Of a stretch of DNA of 64,000 bases, positions 19,370 through 29,843 are shown piece after piece. Location of the stretch: assembly GCA_964607285.1 (NCBI GenBank), contig CAZSJW010000001.1, positions 250,555 through 314,554 on the forward strand, written 5' to 3'. Source of the stretch: an uncultured Pseudomonadales bacterium. GTDB lineage: Bacteria > Patescibacteriota > Microgenomatia > UBA1400 > PJMF01. Positions within the stretch are counted from its first letter, which is position 1. Every line of letters begins with the position of its first letter. A model generated the notes under the pieces. That model was not told the DNA's origin and made no database searches. It saw only the letters and a program-made list of their open reading frames with translations. A program made the position numbers and the translations under genes.

Positions 19370-19801
19370 ATGCTTATCGGGACTTACTATCACACCCTAG
19401 AAGCACATGGCCGAGTATCGTTACCCAAGTCTTTTCGCCAAACTCACTTACAGTGGGTGGTAACAAGAGGACTTGATGGAGGCTTGTTTCTTTTCCCAGC
19501 CGAGCAGTTTACTGCAGAGCTTCAGAAACTAAACAGTCGCTCCTTCACAACGAAACGCAACCGTGACTTTGTTCGCCTGATGACAAACGAAGCCATGGCA
19601 GTGACACCAGATAAGAACGGTCGAGTACAACTGCCCGAGTACTTGATTGAGTTCGCCAAACTCAACAAAAACCTTGTTGTAGTGGGAAGCTTGTCCCGAG
19701 CAGAAATCTGGGATCGAGATGCCTACCACACCTATATGCAAGCCACCGAATCGGAAGCAGAAGCAATCGCCGAAAGCCTAGCAGAAACAAAGCATGATTA
19801 A
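19370..19801 (+). CDS. mraZ: Transcriptional regulator MraZ
   Basis: MLIGTYYHTLEAHGRVSLPKSFR ... DKNGRVQLPEYL shows the two MraZ/SpoVT-AbrB repeats. First gene of the dcw cluster. Confidence 0.85.
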   Translation: MLIGTYYHTLEAHGRVSLPKSFRQTHLQWVVTRGLDGGLFLFPAEQFTAELQKLNSRSFTTKRNRDFVRLMTNEAMAVTPDKNGRVQLPEYLIEFAKLNKNLVVVGSLSRAEIWDRDAYHTYMQATESEAEAIAESLAETKHD

Positions 19802-20687
19802 GCTTGATAGACAACACAAATCAGTCCTCTTAGCAGAAAGCGTTGCCGCGCTGCAGATCCAGCCAAATCAGTGGTACGTAGATGCTACCTTTGGACGCGG
19901 CGGACACACGCAAGCAATTCTCAAAGCAGGGGGCAACGTATTAGCCTTCGACTGGGATGCAGAAGCAGTTGCATATGGCCAAACCATGTTCGTTCGCGAA
20001 CTTGAAGAACAGCGCTTGCTGCTAATTCACTCGAACTTCGAGTACTTGAGCAAAGAGCTACAAAACCTAGCTCCAGAGCAAAAAAGACCCAGCGGCTTCC
20101 TCTTTGACTTTGGCACCAGCACCGAGCAACTTACATCTAGCGAGCGAGGCTTCAGCGTCCATGATGACGGTCCATTGGACATGCGCATGGACACTCGCCT
20201 AGGAGTACAAGCCAAAGACCTGCTAGCAGCTGTTCCCGAAGTCCAGCTGGCCGATCTTTTTTTCAAGTTTGGTGGAGAAGAGGAGTCCAGAGGAGTCGCC
20301 AAAGCAATCAAGCGACACAAAGAGCCAATCACCACCACCAGGCAACTAACTGACATCATCAGCAAAGCAAAAAAGCGGCACGGAGGACACCTACATCCTG
20401 CAACAAAAGTCTTTCAAGCGCTAAGAATTGCAGTCAACAGCGAACTCACCGCAATCGAGCAAGCCTTACCAGAGGCACTCACCGCAGTTTTACCAGAAGG
20501 AAGAATCGTCACAATCGCGTTTCATGACGGAGAAGACCGCCTAGTTAAATTTGCTTTCCGAGACTGGGAAGCCAAAAACATGGGCAAAAGTATAACAAGT
20601 AAACCAATTACAGCATCAGCAGATGAGCTCAACCATAACCCCAGAGCTCGCAGTGCAAAACTACGTATTTTTGAAAAAAGTAAGTGA
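19794..20687 (+). CDS. rsmH: 16S rRNA (cytosine1402-N4)-methyltransferase RsmH (MraW)
   Basis: YVDATFGRGGHTQAIL. Position directly after mraZ. Confidence 0.9.
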   Translation: MIKLDRQHKSVLLAESVAALQIQPNQWYVDATFGRGGHTQAILKAGGNVLAFDWDAEAVAYGQTMFVRELEEQRLLLIHSNFEYLSKELQNLAPEQKRPSGFLFDFGTSTEQLTSSERGFSVHDDGPLDMRMDTRLGVQAKDLLAAVPEVQLADLFFKFGGEEESRGVAKAIKRHKEPITTTRQLTDIISKAKKRHGGHLHPATKVFQALRIAVNSELTAIEQALPEALTAVLPEGRIVTIAFHDGEDRLVKFAFRDWEAKNMGKSITSKPITASADELNHNPRARSAKLRIFEKSK

Positions 20688-20980
20688 ACATGACACATCG
20701 AACTATCGGAATTTACTACACTATTATCGGCATCATTGTACTGTCGCAAACAGTAGTAACCGTTATTTCTGGAGGAAGCATAGTGCTAAACAGTACAGCA
20801 CTAGCGGAACTAAAAAAGGAAAGACAAACACTCTTGCAAACGCGCCAAGTTTTTGAAACTGAACTAACAAAACAAAGTGCCCTAACCGCCTTGCCTGAAG
20901 ACGCGACTTTGCAGTATATTGCCATTACACACCCAATTGTGCTACCCAGCAGCAATACAGTGGCAAGTACACAACCCTAA
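20684..20980 (+). CDS. ftsL: FtsL-like division protein (small bitopic, coiled coil)
   Basis: 98 aa with a single TM (IGIYYTIIGIIVLSQTVVTVI) followed by a helical segment. Canonical position between rsmH and ftsI. Confidence 0.45.
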   Translation: MNMTHRTIGIYYTIIGIIVLSQTVVTVISGGSIVLNSTALAELKKERQTLLQTRQVFETELTKQSALTALPEDATLQYIAITHPIVLPSSNTVASTQP

Positions 20981-20989
20981 GCATCTCGT

Positions 20990-22789
20990 ATGACCTCCTC
21001 AGACCAGCCTGGATTACTTCCTGAAATAGTGGCACTTCGTGGTCGATGGTTTTTTGCTTTGCTGTGCATGATCTACATTGCTATTTTTTTTCGTTTAGGA
21101 TATTGGCAAGTAGTAGAGGGAGCAGAACTGAGCTCAGCAGCAGACGATCAATACTCTAGGTCAGTCACAAAAACTGGCAAACGAGGTGACATACTTACCG
21201 CCGATGGCTACACTCTTGTGACAAACGAAGTCATGTATCGATTGTTTGCACAACCCAAGCAACTGAAAGATGAACCATTGGATATTGCCACCCTGTTGGC
21301 TCCACTACTTGTATCGCAAACAGCTAGCTCTGCAGCAGAACGTACCGATGAACTAGCACAAATCAAGCTAGACCTCACGGAAAAACTTTCCAAAGACCGC
21401 TCTTGGATCAACTTGCAGTATTCGGTCTCAGCACCCGTCAAAAGTCAGATTGAAGATTTAAACATTCATGGCATCGGATTTGATCCTTACGACCGCAGAT
21501 ACTATCCAGAAGCTTCAATGGCTGCGCACATACTTGGCTTCGTTGGAAAGACTGAAAACGGTGACGAAGTTGGGTACTTTGGATTAGAAGGTTCACTAGA
21601 TAAAGAGCTAAAAGCACGTACAATAACTAACACAGTTTTGACCGATGCATTAGGTTCCTTAGTACAGTCTGATGGTATATTTTCAACGGCAATTTTAGAC
21701 GGTCGGCGTGTTACGACAACCATCCGCCGTGACATACAACATGTGGCAGAAACTCAACTCAAGTTAGGTATGGAACAATACGGTGCCAAAGCTGGTGAAA
21801 TCATCATTATGGAACCAAAGACAGGTAAAATTCTTGCTATGGCAAGCTTTCCCAACTATGAACCTGATCATTTTTATGACACGGACCCTCAGTTGTATAA
21901 AAATCCAAGCATCACAGATATTTATGAACCTGGATCTACTTTTAAGGTTTTGACTGTTTCCGCAGGCATCGACTCGGGGGTTATCAACCCAAGCACGGAG
22001 TGTCCAAAATGTGCGACTCCAAGGGTATTCGGACAATATACCATCCGAACTTGGAATGATGTGTATAACCCCAATATCATAATGGAGCAAGCACTTGCCA
22101 AATCTGACAACACCGCAATGATGTACATAACAGATTTGCTTGGTGCTGATCGCTTTAAAACATATGTGCAAAAGTTTGGAATAGGCCACACATTGGGGAT
22201 TGAACTACAAGAAGATACGAGCACGCCATTTCCACAAAAGTGGGGTCCTGTAGAGTTAGCAACTATCTCTTTCGGCCAGGGCATTAGCACAAATAGTTTG
22301 CAAATCACTAATGCCGTAGCTGCAATTGCTAATGGAGGCTCTCTCATGCGCCCCATGCTAGTTTCATCTGTAGAAGATACTGTTTCAAACGAAAGCATTG
22401 AAATAAAGCCGCAAACTATTCGACAGGTTGTTTCCCCCCAAACTGCAAGTACAGTCACTAACATGATGATCACAGCAGCGCAAAGTGGTGAGGCTCAGTG
22501 GACCTCATCCAAATCCCACACTATTGCTGGAAAAACTGGCACATCACAGGTAGCAAATGCTGGAGGATATGACGAGAATAAAACTATCGCAAGTTTTATA
22601 GGATTTGCACCTCCAGAAAATCCGAAATTTATTATGTTAGTCAAACTGACCGAACCAACAACTTCCCCATGGGCAGCGGAAACTGCTGCACCCCTGTGGT
22701 ACAAGATTGCAAGTAAATTGTTTTTGCTTTTGCAAATACAACCTGATAGAACTACGGGAACACCTGCTACAATTAGTACTAGTTTATGA
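20990..22789 (+). CDS. ftsI: Peptidoglycan D,D-transpeptidase FtsI (class B PBP)
   Basis: N-terminal TM. Motifs STFK (EPGSTFKV), SDN (KSDNTAM) and KTGT (AGKTGTSQ). Confidence 0.85.
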   Translation: MTSSDQPGLLPEIVALRGRWFFALLCMIYIAIFFRLGYWQVVEGAELSSAADDQYSRSVTKTGKRGDILTADGYTLVTNEVMYRLFAQPKQLKDEPLDIATLLAPLLVSQTASSAAERTDELAQIKLDLTEKLSKDRSWINLQYSVSAPVKSQIEDLNIHGIGFDPYDRRYYPEASMAAHILGFVGKTENGDEVGYFGLEGSLDKELKARTITNTVLTDALGSLVQSDGIFSTAILDGRRVTTTIRRDIQHVAETQLKLGMEQYGAKAGEIIIMEPKTGKILAMASFPNYEPDHFYDTDPQLYKNPSITDIYEPGSTFKVLTVSAGIDSGVINPSTECPKCATPRVFGQYTIRTWNDVYNPNIIMEQALAKSDNTAMMYITDLLGADRFKTYVQKFGIGHTLGIELQEDTSTPFPQKWGPVELATISFGQGISTNSLQITNAVAAIANGGSLMRPMLVSSVEDTVSNESIEIKPQTIRQVVSPQTASTVTNMMITAAQSGEAQWTSSKSHTIAGKTGTSQVANAGGYDENKTIASFIGFAPPENPKFIMLVKLTEPTTSPWAAETAAPLWYKIASKLFLLLQIQPDRTTGTPATISTSL

Positions 22790-24003
22790 TCAAAGAACTT
22801 ATTTATAAAATCAAGCGACCGTATCACTTTTTGAAAACAGGAATTCTAAACGGATTGATTTCCGAAGTTGCAAATGGTTTTCCAGCTAGAAAACTTAGCG
22901 TGTTAGCAATTACGGGTACGGACGGCAAAACCACATCAGCAACCCTACTGTACTTTGCTCTCAAGCAAGCTGGTTTTAAAGTAGCACTGCTTTCAACTGT
23001 TGCCGCATTCAAGGGTGAAACCGTCATTGACACTGGTTTTCACGTAACTAGTCCTCAGCCATCAGATGTTCAAAAGTTCATGGCAGAGTTAGTTCAAGAT
23101 GGGTTTACGCATTTAGTTCTAGAAGTAACGTCTCATGGTGCATACCAATACCGTACCTGGGGCATTAATCCCAGCATTGCAGGCATAACAAACATAAACC
23201 AAGAACACCTTGACTACCATCTTTCGTACGACAGATACGTTGCTGCCAAGACACTTGTACTAAAACAGGCCCCAACAGTTGTGCTTAACGAAGATGACAT
23301 TTCCTATTATCGTTTAAGAAAAATACTAAGCAACCAGGATATATCAATCCTGGCATACAGCATGAGTGACCGACTACCAACAGTTGTTTCCAAGGCAATT
23401 AGCGAAAGATTTCCCGAACAATACAATCGAATGAACGCACGATTAGTATACAAAATTGCCAAAGAGTACGGTATATCCAATAGTGACTTTGCAACTGCTG
23501 TGCAAAACTTCCCTGGCATACCTGGCAGAATGGAGAGCATCCCAAATAAACTAGGCATCTCCATTATTGTGGACTTTGCTCACACACCCCAAGGTCTGGA
23601 AGCCGCGCTCACTGCATTACGAAAACAACTGAACCAACAAAAGAACCCTGGGAAACTCATTGCAGTTTTCGGCTGTGCGGGACTTAGAGATAGCGGTAAA
23701 CGTCCTATCATGGGAGCAATCGGTGCGGAACTTGCTGACTTCGCAGTATTTACAGCTGAAGACCCTCGAACTGAAAATCTTTGGTCTATACTGAACCAAA
23801 TGAAGAGCTCACTTGGTACTCACCATACTTCCGTCACCTCAATTGCAGATAGAGGAGAAGCTATTGCTTTCGCACTATTTTCTATAGCTAAGCGTGGTGA
23901 CACAGTTGTGATTCTCGGCAAGGGTCACGAACAAAGTATGTGCTTTGGCACAATTGAGTACCCATGGAGTGACCAGAAAGCTGTACTTGAACTGCTCACA
24001 TAG
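22786..24003 (+). CDS. murE: UDP-MurNAc-L-Ala-D-Glu--2,6-diaminopimelate (or L-Lys) ligase MurE, lacking the usual N-terminal domain
   Basis: ITGTDGKTTSA is the P-loop. LEVTSHGAYQYRTWGI, NINQEHLDYHLSYDRYVAAK, IVDFAHTPQGLEAAL (MurE-specific DYAHTPDAL), VFGCAGLRDSGKRPIMG and GKGHEQ are collinear with E. coli MurE. Only ~40 aa precede the P-loop, versus ~110 in E. coli. Confidence 0.8.
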   Translation: MIKELIYKIKRPYHFLKTGILNGLISEVANGFPARKLSVLAITGTDGKTTSATLLYFALKQAGFKVALLSTVAAFKGETVIDTGFHVTSPQPSDVQKFMAELVQDGFTHLVLEVTSHGAYQYRTWGINPSIAGITNINQEHLDYHLSYDRYVAAKTLVLKQAPTVVLNEDDISYYRLRKILSNQDISILAYSMSDRLPTVVSKAISERFPEQYNRMNARLVYKIAKEYGISNSDFATAVQNFPGIPGRMESIPNKLGISIIVDFAHTPQGLEAALTALRKQLNQQKNPGKLIAVFGCAGLRDSGKRPIMGAIGAELADFAVFTAEDPRTENLWSILNQMKSSLGTHHTSVTSIADRGEAIAFALFSIAKRGDTVVILGKGHEQSMCFGTIEYPWSDQKAVLELLT

Positions 24004-24009
24004 TAACCT

Positions 24010-25005
24010 ATGAGGAAAAAAACAAACATCCCACATGTGGTCGTCATGGGAGGCGGCACGGGCACCTTTGCGGTCACCAGTGCATTGAAGCGACTTCCTT
24101 GCACAATTAGTGCCATTATTGCCGTTTCTGATTCTGGTGGATCAACAGGAAGAATCAGAGACGAGTTCGGGTTTCAGCCTGTTGGTGACTTGCGGCAATC
24201 ATTAGCAGCACTAGCTGATCTCTCAAGCCAGCAATGGATTCAAAAAATTCTCTTGTATCGTTTTGATAAGGGCAGCGGACTGCAAGGTCACAATCTTGGG
24301 AATCTTATTCTCACCGCACTTCAAGATATGAGCGGTAGCACAGGTAAAGCACTAGAGATTGCAGAAAAGATCTTCAACTTGCACGGGAAGGTTATTCCCG
24401 TCACAAACCAAACTGTGGACCTTAAAATTTTTTACCAAGATGGGTCTACAGTGATTGGGGAGCATATCTTAGATGAGTCTGATGAAAACCCCAAAAGCAT
24501 TGATCGAGTAGAACTGACCCCCGAATGCACACTAAATCCAGTCGCGCATGAAGAAATTCTTACAGCTGATTTTATTTGTATTGGTCCAGGGGACTTATAC
24601 GCGAGTTTACTTGCTACATTGGTAGTACCAGGGATCTCTGAAGCTTTTGCGCAAACCAAGGCAAAGATTGTGTATATACCAAACTTGATGACTAGACGAA
24701 CGCAAACTCACAATATGACAGCTCGTCAACACGTTGATAAAATTGCCGAGGTGTTAGGTCGTAATGTAGACATCATTCTCATAAATAACACTACTATTCC
24801 TCAAGCTATTTTGAAAGCCTATGCTGCCGAACAAGAGTTTCCAGTAACAGACACTCTAGCTGCTGATACTAGAGTGATTCGAGCAGACTTTCTCAAAGAG
24901 CAGCCCGTACCAAAAACCGCAACAGATACTGCATATCGGTCGTTACTTAGACACGACCCAGAAAAACTTTGTGCTGTATTTAGAACGATACTTTTCAAGG
25001 CATGA
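24010..25005 (+). CDS. yvcK: YvcK/CofD-family protein (UPF0052; gluconeogenesis factor / UDP-sugar-binding)
   Basis: VVVMGGGTGTFAVTSALKRL...IIAVSDSGGSTGRIRDEFG matches the YvcK GGGTG / DDGGSSGRLR motifs. Confidence 0.7.
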   Translation: MRKKTNIPHVVVMGGGTGTFAVTSALKRLPCTISAIIAVSDSGGSTGRIRDEFGFQPVGDLRQSLAALADLSSQQWIQKILLYRFDKGSGLQGHNLGNLILTALQDMSGSTGKALEIAEKIFNLHGKVIPVTNQTVDLKIFYQDGSTVIGEHILDESDENPKSIDRVELTPECTLNPVAHEEILTADFICIGPGDLYASLLATLVVPGISEAFAQTKAKIVYIPNLMTRRTQTHNMTARQHVDKIAEVLGRNVDIILINNTTIPQAILKAYAAEQEFPVTDTLAADTRVIRADFLKEQPVPKTATDTAYRSLLRHDPEKLCAVFRTILFKA

Positions 25006-26420
25006 AAAAAATATTTCACTTCAACCACGCACATTTAGTCGGTATCAAGGGCGTTGCTATGACCTCGCTGGCTCAAATACTCACTGATGCCGAAATTTCA
25101 GTTACTGGATCAGATGTACCAGAAAACTATGTGACAAAGCAGCAACTTGATCGTCTTGCAGTTGATGTCCAGTCTAGTTTCCATGAACCATTACCGCCCT
25201 TGACAGATGTAGTTATTTACACAGCAGCTCATCAGGGAGAAAACAACCCTCAGGTCCAAGCTGCGCAAAAACAAGGGATACCTTGTTATTCTCAGGCAGA
25301 GGCTATCAGTTTTTTTGCAAATGCAAAAGAGGTGATTGCTGTCTGTGGCGTAGGTGGAAAATCTACTGTGAGTGCAATGATTACCTGGATTTTAGAATGG
25401 AATCAACGCCACCCTTCCTTTTCAGTTGGCGTTGGCAATATTCCAGGACTCGAAAAAACTGGAGCGTGGAGAGCTAGTGGGCATCATTTTGTTGTCGAAG
25501 CAGATGAGTACGTCACAAACCCTACTGCTGTACTGGCAGGTGAGTTTGGCACCCCTAGGTTTTCATACCTCAAACCTAACTGTATTGTTGCCACAAACAT
25601 TACCTTTGATCACCCTGACGTGTACGCGGACTTCGAGCACACAAAGTCCACTTTTGCGGGGTTCTTTTCTAAACTGCCGCAGAATGGTCACTTAATTGCA
25701 ACCGAGCAAATATTACAACTTGGACTTCCTTTGCCAAACTGTGCAGTAGTTTCTGTATCAGATAGAGCGAATGCTACATATAGATATGAATATCTACCCC
25801 AAAAGAGCAAAGCGGGAACATCAGTCAGCCGCCTTATCATATCAAACTCAACCTTTACTGTTACCTTAGGACTGCCTGGAGAGTACAACATGCAAAATGC
25901 CGTGTGCGCAATTGCTGCCACCTCTACCGTAGGTGTTTCCGTACCAGATGCTATTGCTGCCTTGAGTACCTTTCGTTCCACTCAAAGACGATTTGAACTT
26001 CGGAAAACACGACTAAATAGTATTTTTTATGATGACTACGCACATCATCCGAGTGAAATTGAGGCAGTGATCAAAGCACTGAAGGAGTGGTATCCCGAGA
26101 AAAACGTGGTCGTTGCATTTCAGCCACATACATTTTCTAGAACACGTGCACTACTACAACAGTTTGCAGAGAGCTTGCAGCTTGCTGATAGGGTTCTCAT
26201 CTTAGACATTTTTGCATCTGCACGTGAGGCATACGACCCTAGTATCACAGCTGCAACCCTGGCAGATTCTGTCCGCACCATAAATCCTCACATACCAACA
26301 ACTGTCATTCCCGACACCCATGCGTTAAGTCAATACTTTTTGCACAAATTACCAGTCAATGCCGTTGTTCTCACTGCAGGAGCAGGCAATATTTATCAAG
26401 TGTATGATGAACTTCAATAG
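25002..26420 (+). CDS. murC: UDP-N-acetylmuramate--L-alanine ligase MurC
   Basis: N-terminal HLVGIKGVAMTSLAQIL...GSD. MurC-specific motif DDYAHHPSEIEAV. Confidence 0.85.
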   Translation: MKKIFHFNHAHLVGIKGVAMTSLAQILTDAEISVTGSDVPENYVTKQQLDRLAVDVQSSFHEPLPPLTDVVIYTAAHQGENNPQVQAAQKQGIPCYSQAEAISFFANAKEVIAVCGVGGKSTVSAMITWILEWNQRHPSFSVGVGNIPGLEKTGAWRASGHHFVVEADEYVTNPTAVLAGEFGTPRFSYLKPNCIVATNITFDHPDVYADFEHTKSTFAGFFSKLPQNGHLIATEQILQLGLPLPNCAVVSVSDRANATYRYEYLPQKSKAGTSVSRLIISNSTFTVTLGLPGEYNMQNAVCAIAATSTVGVSVPDAIAALSTFRSTQRRFELRKTRLNSIFYDDYAHHPSEIEAVIKALKEWYPEKNVVVAFQPHTFSRTRALLQQFAESLQLADRVLILDIFASAREAYDPSITAATLADSVRTINPHIPTTVIPDTHALSQYFLHKLPVNAVVLTAGAGNIYQVYDELQ

Positions 26421-27423
26421 TACTGAATCTATGACACCACTGCAAAAGCAACTACTAGCATCGTTTCCCAACTACACCTGGTTGTTTGACGAGCCTCTCT
26501 CACCCCTAACGTATGCAAAAATTGGTGGTGCTGCAGAAGCATTGCTAAAAGTGACTGATCCTGAAATTGCGGCAAGCGTTATTAAATTTTGCACCCAGTC
26601 AAACATACGGTGTACCTATCTTGGTGGCGCAAGTAATGTCCTCATAGACGATGCTGGTATTTCGGGTGTGGTGCTTCAATATCAGGATACTACCGTGCGT
26701 GTGATCCAAAGTGTTCCTTCGAAACAAACTATTGTCTTTATTGCGAGTGGAACAAAAACAGCACTTGCAGTATCAAAAACGGTTGCGTTGGGATTGACAG
26801 GTTTAGAGTATTTTCTGGGGGTACCTGGAACTATCGGCGGAGCAATTTATAACAATGCTCATTACTTGAGCGACTTGATTGACAAACACATTCTTCGAGT
26901 CCAGGCTATAACAGAACATGGAGACATTGTTTGGTATACACATGATGCCTGTGCATTCGACTATGAACAATCTAGGTTTCAATCCAATCATGAACTTATC
27001 GTTGGCGCAGAGTTTGCGCTGACCGCTGGCGATCCTGAAACGTCAAAAGCAAAAATTGCCCAAGCTACTCAATATCGTGCTGCTTCACAACCGCTTGGCA
27101 TACCTAGCTCGGGATGCATGTTTCGCAATCCAGCAAATACCCCAACACTTCGCCAACTGTTTCCACAATTTGCAGATAAGGATTACATTCCAGCAGGTTA
27201 CCTTATTGATCAAGCAGGGCTGAAAGGTGAGCGGGTGGGTGCAGTTAGTGTGAGTAAAAAGCATGCGGCATGGATTATCAATGGAGGTAATGGCACAAGT
27301 GCTGACGTAAAGAAATTAGTGAGCAATATTCAAAAGAAAATTGTAGAAAAGTATGGTGTTCAGTTAGAAACTGAAGTTTTTTTCTTGTCAGATAACACTG
27401 ACGAGAGTAGAAAGAACATATGA
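26404..27423 (+). CDS. murB: UDP-N-acetylenolpyruvoylglucosamine reductase MurB
   Basis: KIGGAAEALLKV...YLGGASNVLIDDAGISGVV is the FAD-binding domain. Start chosen at the ATG at 26404; the track starts at 26359 and 26431 is another candidate. Confidence 0.8.
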   Translation: MMNFNSTESMTPLQKQLLASFPNYTWLFDEPLSPLTYAKIGGAAEALLKVTDPEIAASVIKFCTQSNIRCTYLGGASNVLIDDAGISGVVLQYQDTTVRVIQSVPSKQTIVFIASGTKTALAVSKTVALGLTGLEYFLGVPGTIGGAIYNNAHYLSDLIDKHILRVQAITEHGDIVWYTHDACAFDYEQSRFQSNHELIVGAEFALTAGDPETSKAKIAQATQYRAASQPLGIPSSGCMFRNPANTPTLRQLFPQFADKDYIPAGYLIDQAGLKGERVGAVSVSKKHAAWIINGGNGTSADVKKLVSNIQKKIVEKYGVQLETEVFFLSDNTDESRKNI

Positions 27424-28751
27424 TGAGTTTACAAGTCACAGGAGGAACACCACTGCATGGATCTGTCAGGATTGGTGGAGCAAAAAATGCATCATTCAAA
27501 TTGATGATCGCAGCACTTTTAGGAGATACCGAGTCTAGGTTATTGAATTTTTCCCACATCAGTGACGTATCACTTGTTTCCAACATCATTGAATATCTGG
27601 GTGGTACAGTAACCCATGCAGGAGAGAGAGCCCTGTTTATAGACCCAACGCACCTAAACTCAGCCATCATAAACCCAGAACATGGTGAACAAGGTCGTTT
27701 TTCAACTATGTTTATTCCTGCATTGCTGGCAAAATTTGGCAGGGCAGAAGTTCCAACTCCTGGCGGTGACAAAATTGGCGTGAGACCACTGGATCGTCAC
27801 TTCGATGGTCTTGAGGCTATGGGTGTAGTGATTACCCATAAAGATGGCATGTTCATTGCTGAGGCAAAAGAACTACATGGTGCTAAGTATCGCTTCTCAA
27901 AAAACACTCACACAGGTACAGAGACACTTATTATGGCTGCCGTGAAAGCCAAAGGAACGACTGTGCTTGAAAATGCGGCAGTTGAACCAGAAATTGATGA
28001 TTTGATTACATTCTTGAACTCCATGGGAGCAAAAATCAAGCGAACAAAACCGCGAACCATTGAAATTTTTGGCGTACCATCTTTACATGGTGCTATACAC
28101 AAACTATTACCAGATCGTAACGAGGCAGTGAGTTATGCCTGTGCCGCGTTGGTTACTAAGGGTGACGTTGTGATAGAAAATGCTATTCCACAACATCTCA
28201 CCTCTTTCCTAGAGAAACTTGATGTAATCGGTGCTGGTTACGAAATAGGTAGCTATGGCATTCGTTTTTACTACAAAGGTCCTTTGCGTGCCACAGATGT
28301 AACAACTGCAATTGAACCTGGCTTCATGACAGACTGGCAGCCACTTTGGGGGACTGTGCTTACGCAATGTGAAGGGATAAGTACAATCCATGAGACAATT
28401 CACCCTTACCGATTTCACTATGTTGATGCTTTGCAAGCAATGGGAGCGCAGATAGAAAAATTCAACCCCAAAGTTTCAAATCCTGAATCAGTGTATAATT
28501 TCGATTTGGCCAATGACCAACCAGAACACTATCATGCTATTCGAGTCAAAGGGAGCACACAGTTACGTAGTGGCACATTCACTGTTAAAGACCTAAGACA
28601 TGGTGCTACCCTCATCTGTGCTGCCATGGCAGCACAAGGTACATCCACTATAACGGGTATAGAGCACATCGACAGAGGTTATGAAGCCCTGGATGATCGC
28701 TTGCGCTCAATGGGTGCTGCTATTGAACGAGTGAAAATCAATGACAAATGA
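27420..28751 (+). CDS. murA: UDP-N-acetylglucosamine 1-carboxyvinyltransferase MurA
   Basis: LQVTGGTPLHGSVRIGGAKNASFKLMIAALL. 443 aa. Confidence 0.9.
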   Translation: MMSLQVTGGTPLHGSVRIGGAKNASFKLMIAALLGDTESRLLNFSHISDVSLVSNIIEYLGGTVTHAGERALFIDPTHLNSAIINPEHGEQGRFSTMFIPALLAKFGRAEVPTPGGDKIGVRPLDRHFDGLEAMGVVITHKDGMFIAEAKELHGAKYRFSKNTHTGTETLIMAAVKAKGTTVLENAAVEPEIDDLITFLNSMGAKIKRTKPRTIEIFGVPSLHGAIHKLLPDRNEAVSYACAALVTKGDVVIENAIPQHLTSFLEKLDVIGAGYEIGSYGIRFYYKGPLRATDVTTAIEPGFMTDWQPLWGTVLTQCEGISTIHETIHPYRFHYVDALQAMGAQIEKFNPKVSNPESVYNFDLANDQPEHYHAIRVKGSTQLRSGTFTVKDLRHGATLICAAMAAQGTSTITGIEHIDRGYEALDDRLRSMGAAIERVKINDK

Positions 28752-28792
28752 ACTATAGTATTGAGTACTAGAAGACGAATAAGGTAACACGT

Positions 28793-29836
28793 ATGGGATC
28801 ACTTGCATTGTTTTTAAGCGTTTTAATTCTCTCATTTATTGTCATGAGTGTAGCTATCATCCCTTTTATAAATTTGCTCTATAAACTCAAGTTCCAAAGA
28901 GCCCAGCAAGAAACACGCGATGTATTTGGTGTTCTAACACCAATATTTAACATGTTTCATCAATCCAAAGCTGGAGTCCCTGTTGGCGGTGGTTTACTCA
29001 TCATCACGGTAGTGTCTTTGCTATTTGCAGGTCTACTACCCCTGCTACACTCTGCAGGAGTCACAATCACCAGTATTCATAGAAATGCCCAAGCAGAAGT
29101 AAACATTCTTTTTTTCACCTTTTTGTCTTTCGGACTATTGGGGTTAGTCGATGACGTGAAGAAGTTTTTTAAGCTAAAAAATGCAGGTTTGTTCGGGTTA
29201 CGAATGAAACACAAGCTAGTACTTGAACTTATTTTAGGAACTGCAATAAGTTACCTGTTGTACAGCTCACTTGGGATTTCAATTCTACATGTGCCGTTCA
29301 TTGGTACGTTTGAGTTAGGGTTTTTCTTTGTTCCATTTGCTACTTTCACTATCGTAGCATTTGCTAATGCCATCAATGTTACTGATGGACTTGATGGTCT
29401 AGCATCGGGGTCGCTGATGATTTCTCTCTTTGGTTTGTGGTTCTTATCTGCACACATTTTGGATGTACCGATTTCATTGTTTCTAGCACTATTGATAGGA
29501 GCACTTATATCATTTCTTTACTTCAACGTTTTCCCCGCTCGACTTTTTATGGGAGATGTTGGATCACTGGCTTTTGGTGCGACCCTTGCAGTAGTTGGGT
29601 TGCTTCTTGGAAAAACAATTGCCTTGGTTGTCATCGGTTTTATCTTTGTCTTTGAAATTAGTAGTACTTTGATCCAATTGCTGGCAAAAAGATTTTTAAA
29701 ACGCAAAGTTTTTCCCGCAGCTCCATTTCACCTGACATTACAGCAATATGGCTGGGAAGAACCAAAAATTGTGCAACGCGCGTGGTTAGTACAAATCATG
29801 CTCACCTTGTTTGGCGTATGGCTAGCCGTCCTTTAA
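28793..29836 (+). CDS. mraY: Phospho-N-acetylmuramoyl-pentapeptide transferase MraY
   Basis: NAINVTDGLDGLASG and FMGDVGSLAFGATLA. Ten TM segments. Confidence 0.9.
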   Translation: MGSLALFLSVLILSFIVMSVAIIPFINLLYKLKFQRAQQETRDVFGVLTPIFNMFHQSKAGVPVGGGLLIITVVSLLFAGLLPLLHSAGVTITSIHRNAQAEVNILFFTFLSFGLLGLVDDVKKFFKLKNAGLFGLRMKHKLVLELILGTAISYLLYSSLGISILHVPFIGTFELGFFFVPFATFTIVAFANAINVTDGLDGLASGSLMISLFGLWFLSAHILDVPISLFLALLIGALISFLYFNVFPARLFMGDVGSLAFGATLAVVGLLLGKTIALVVIGFIFVFEISSTLIQLLAKRFLKRKVFPAAPFHLTLQQYGWEEPKIVQRAWLVQIMLTLFGVWLAVL

Positions 29837-29843
29837 AACTCAT

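Noticed and set aside
20623-20856. 77-aa + strand ORF overlapping the rsmH 3' end and ftsL
   Set aside because: It is in an alternative frame of two good genes. The ftsL frame has a TM plus coiled coil, as expected at that position.
21922-22473. 183-aa and 141-aa minus-strand ORFs antisense to ftsI
   Set aside because: They lie entirely inside the well-supported ftsI CDS, which carries PBP motifs. They have no motifs of their own and are typical antisense frames.
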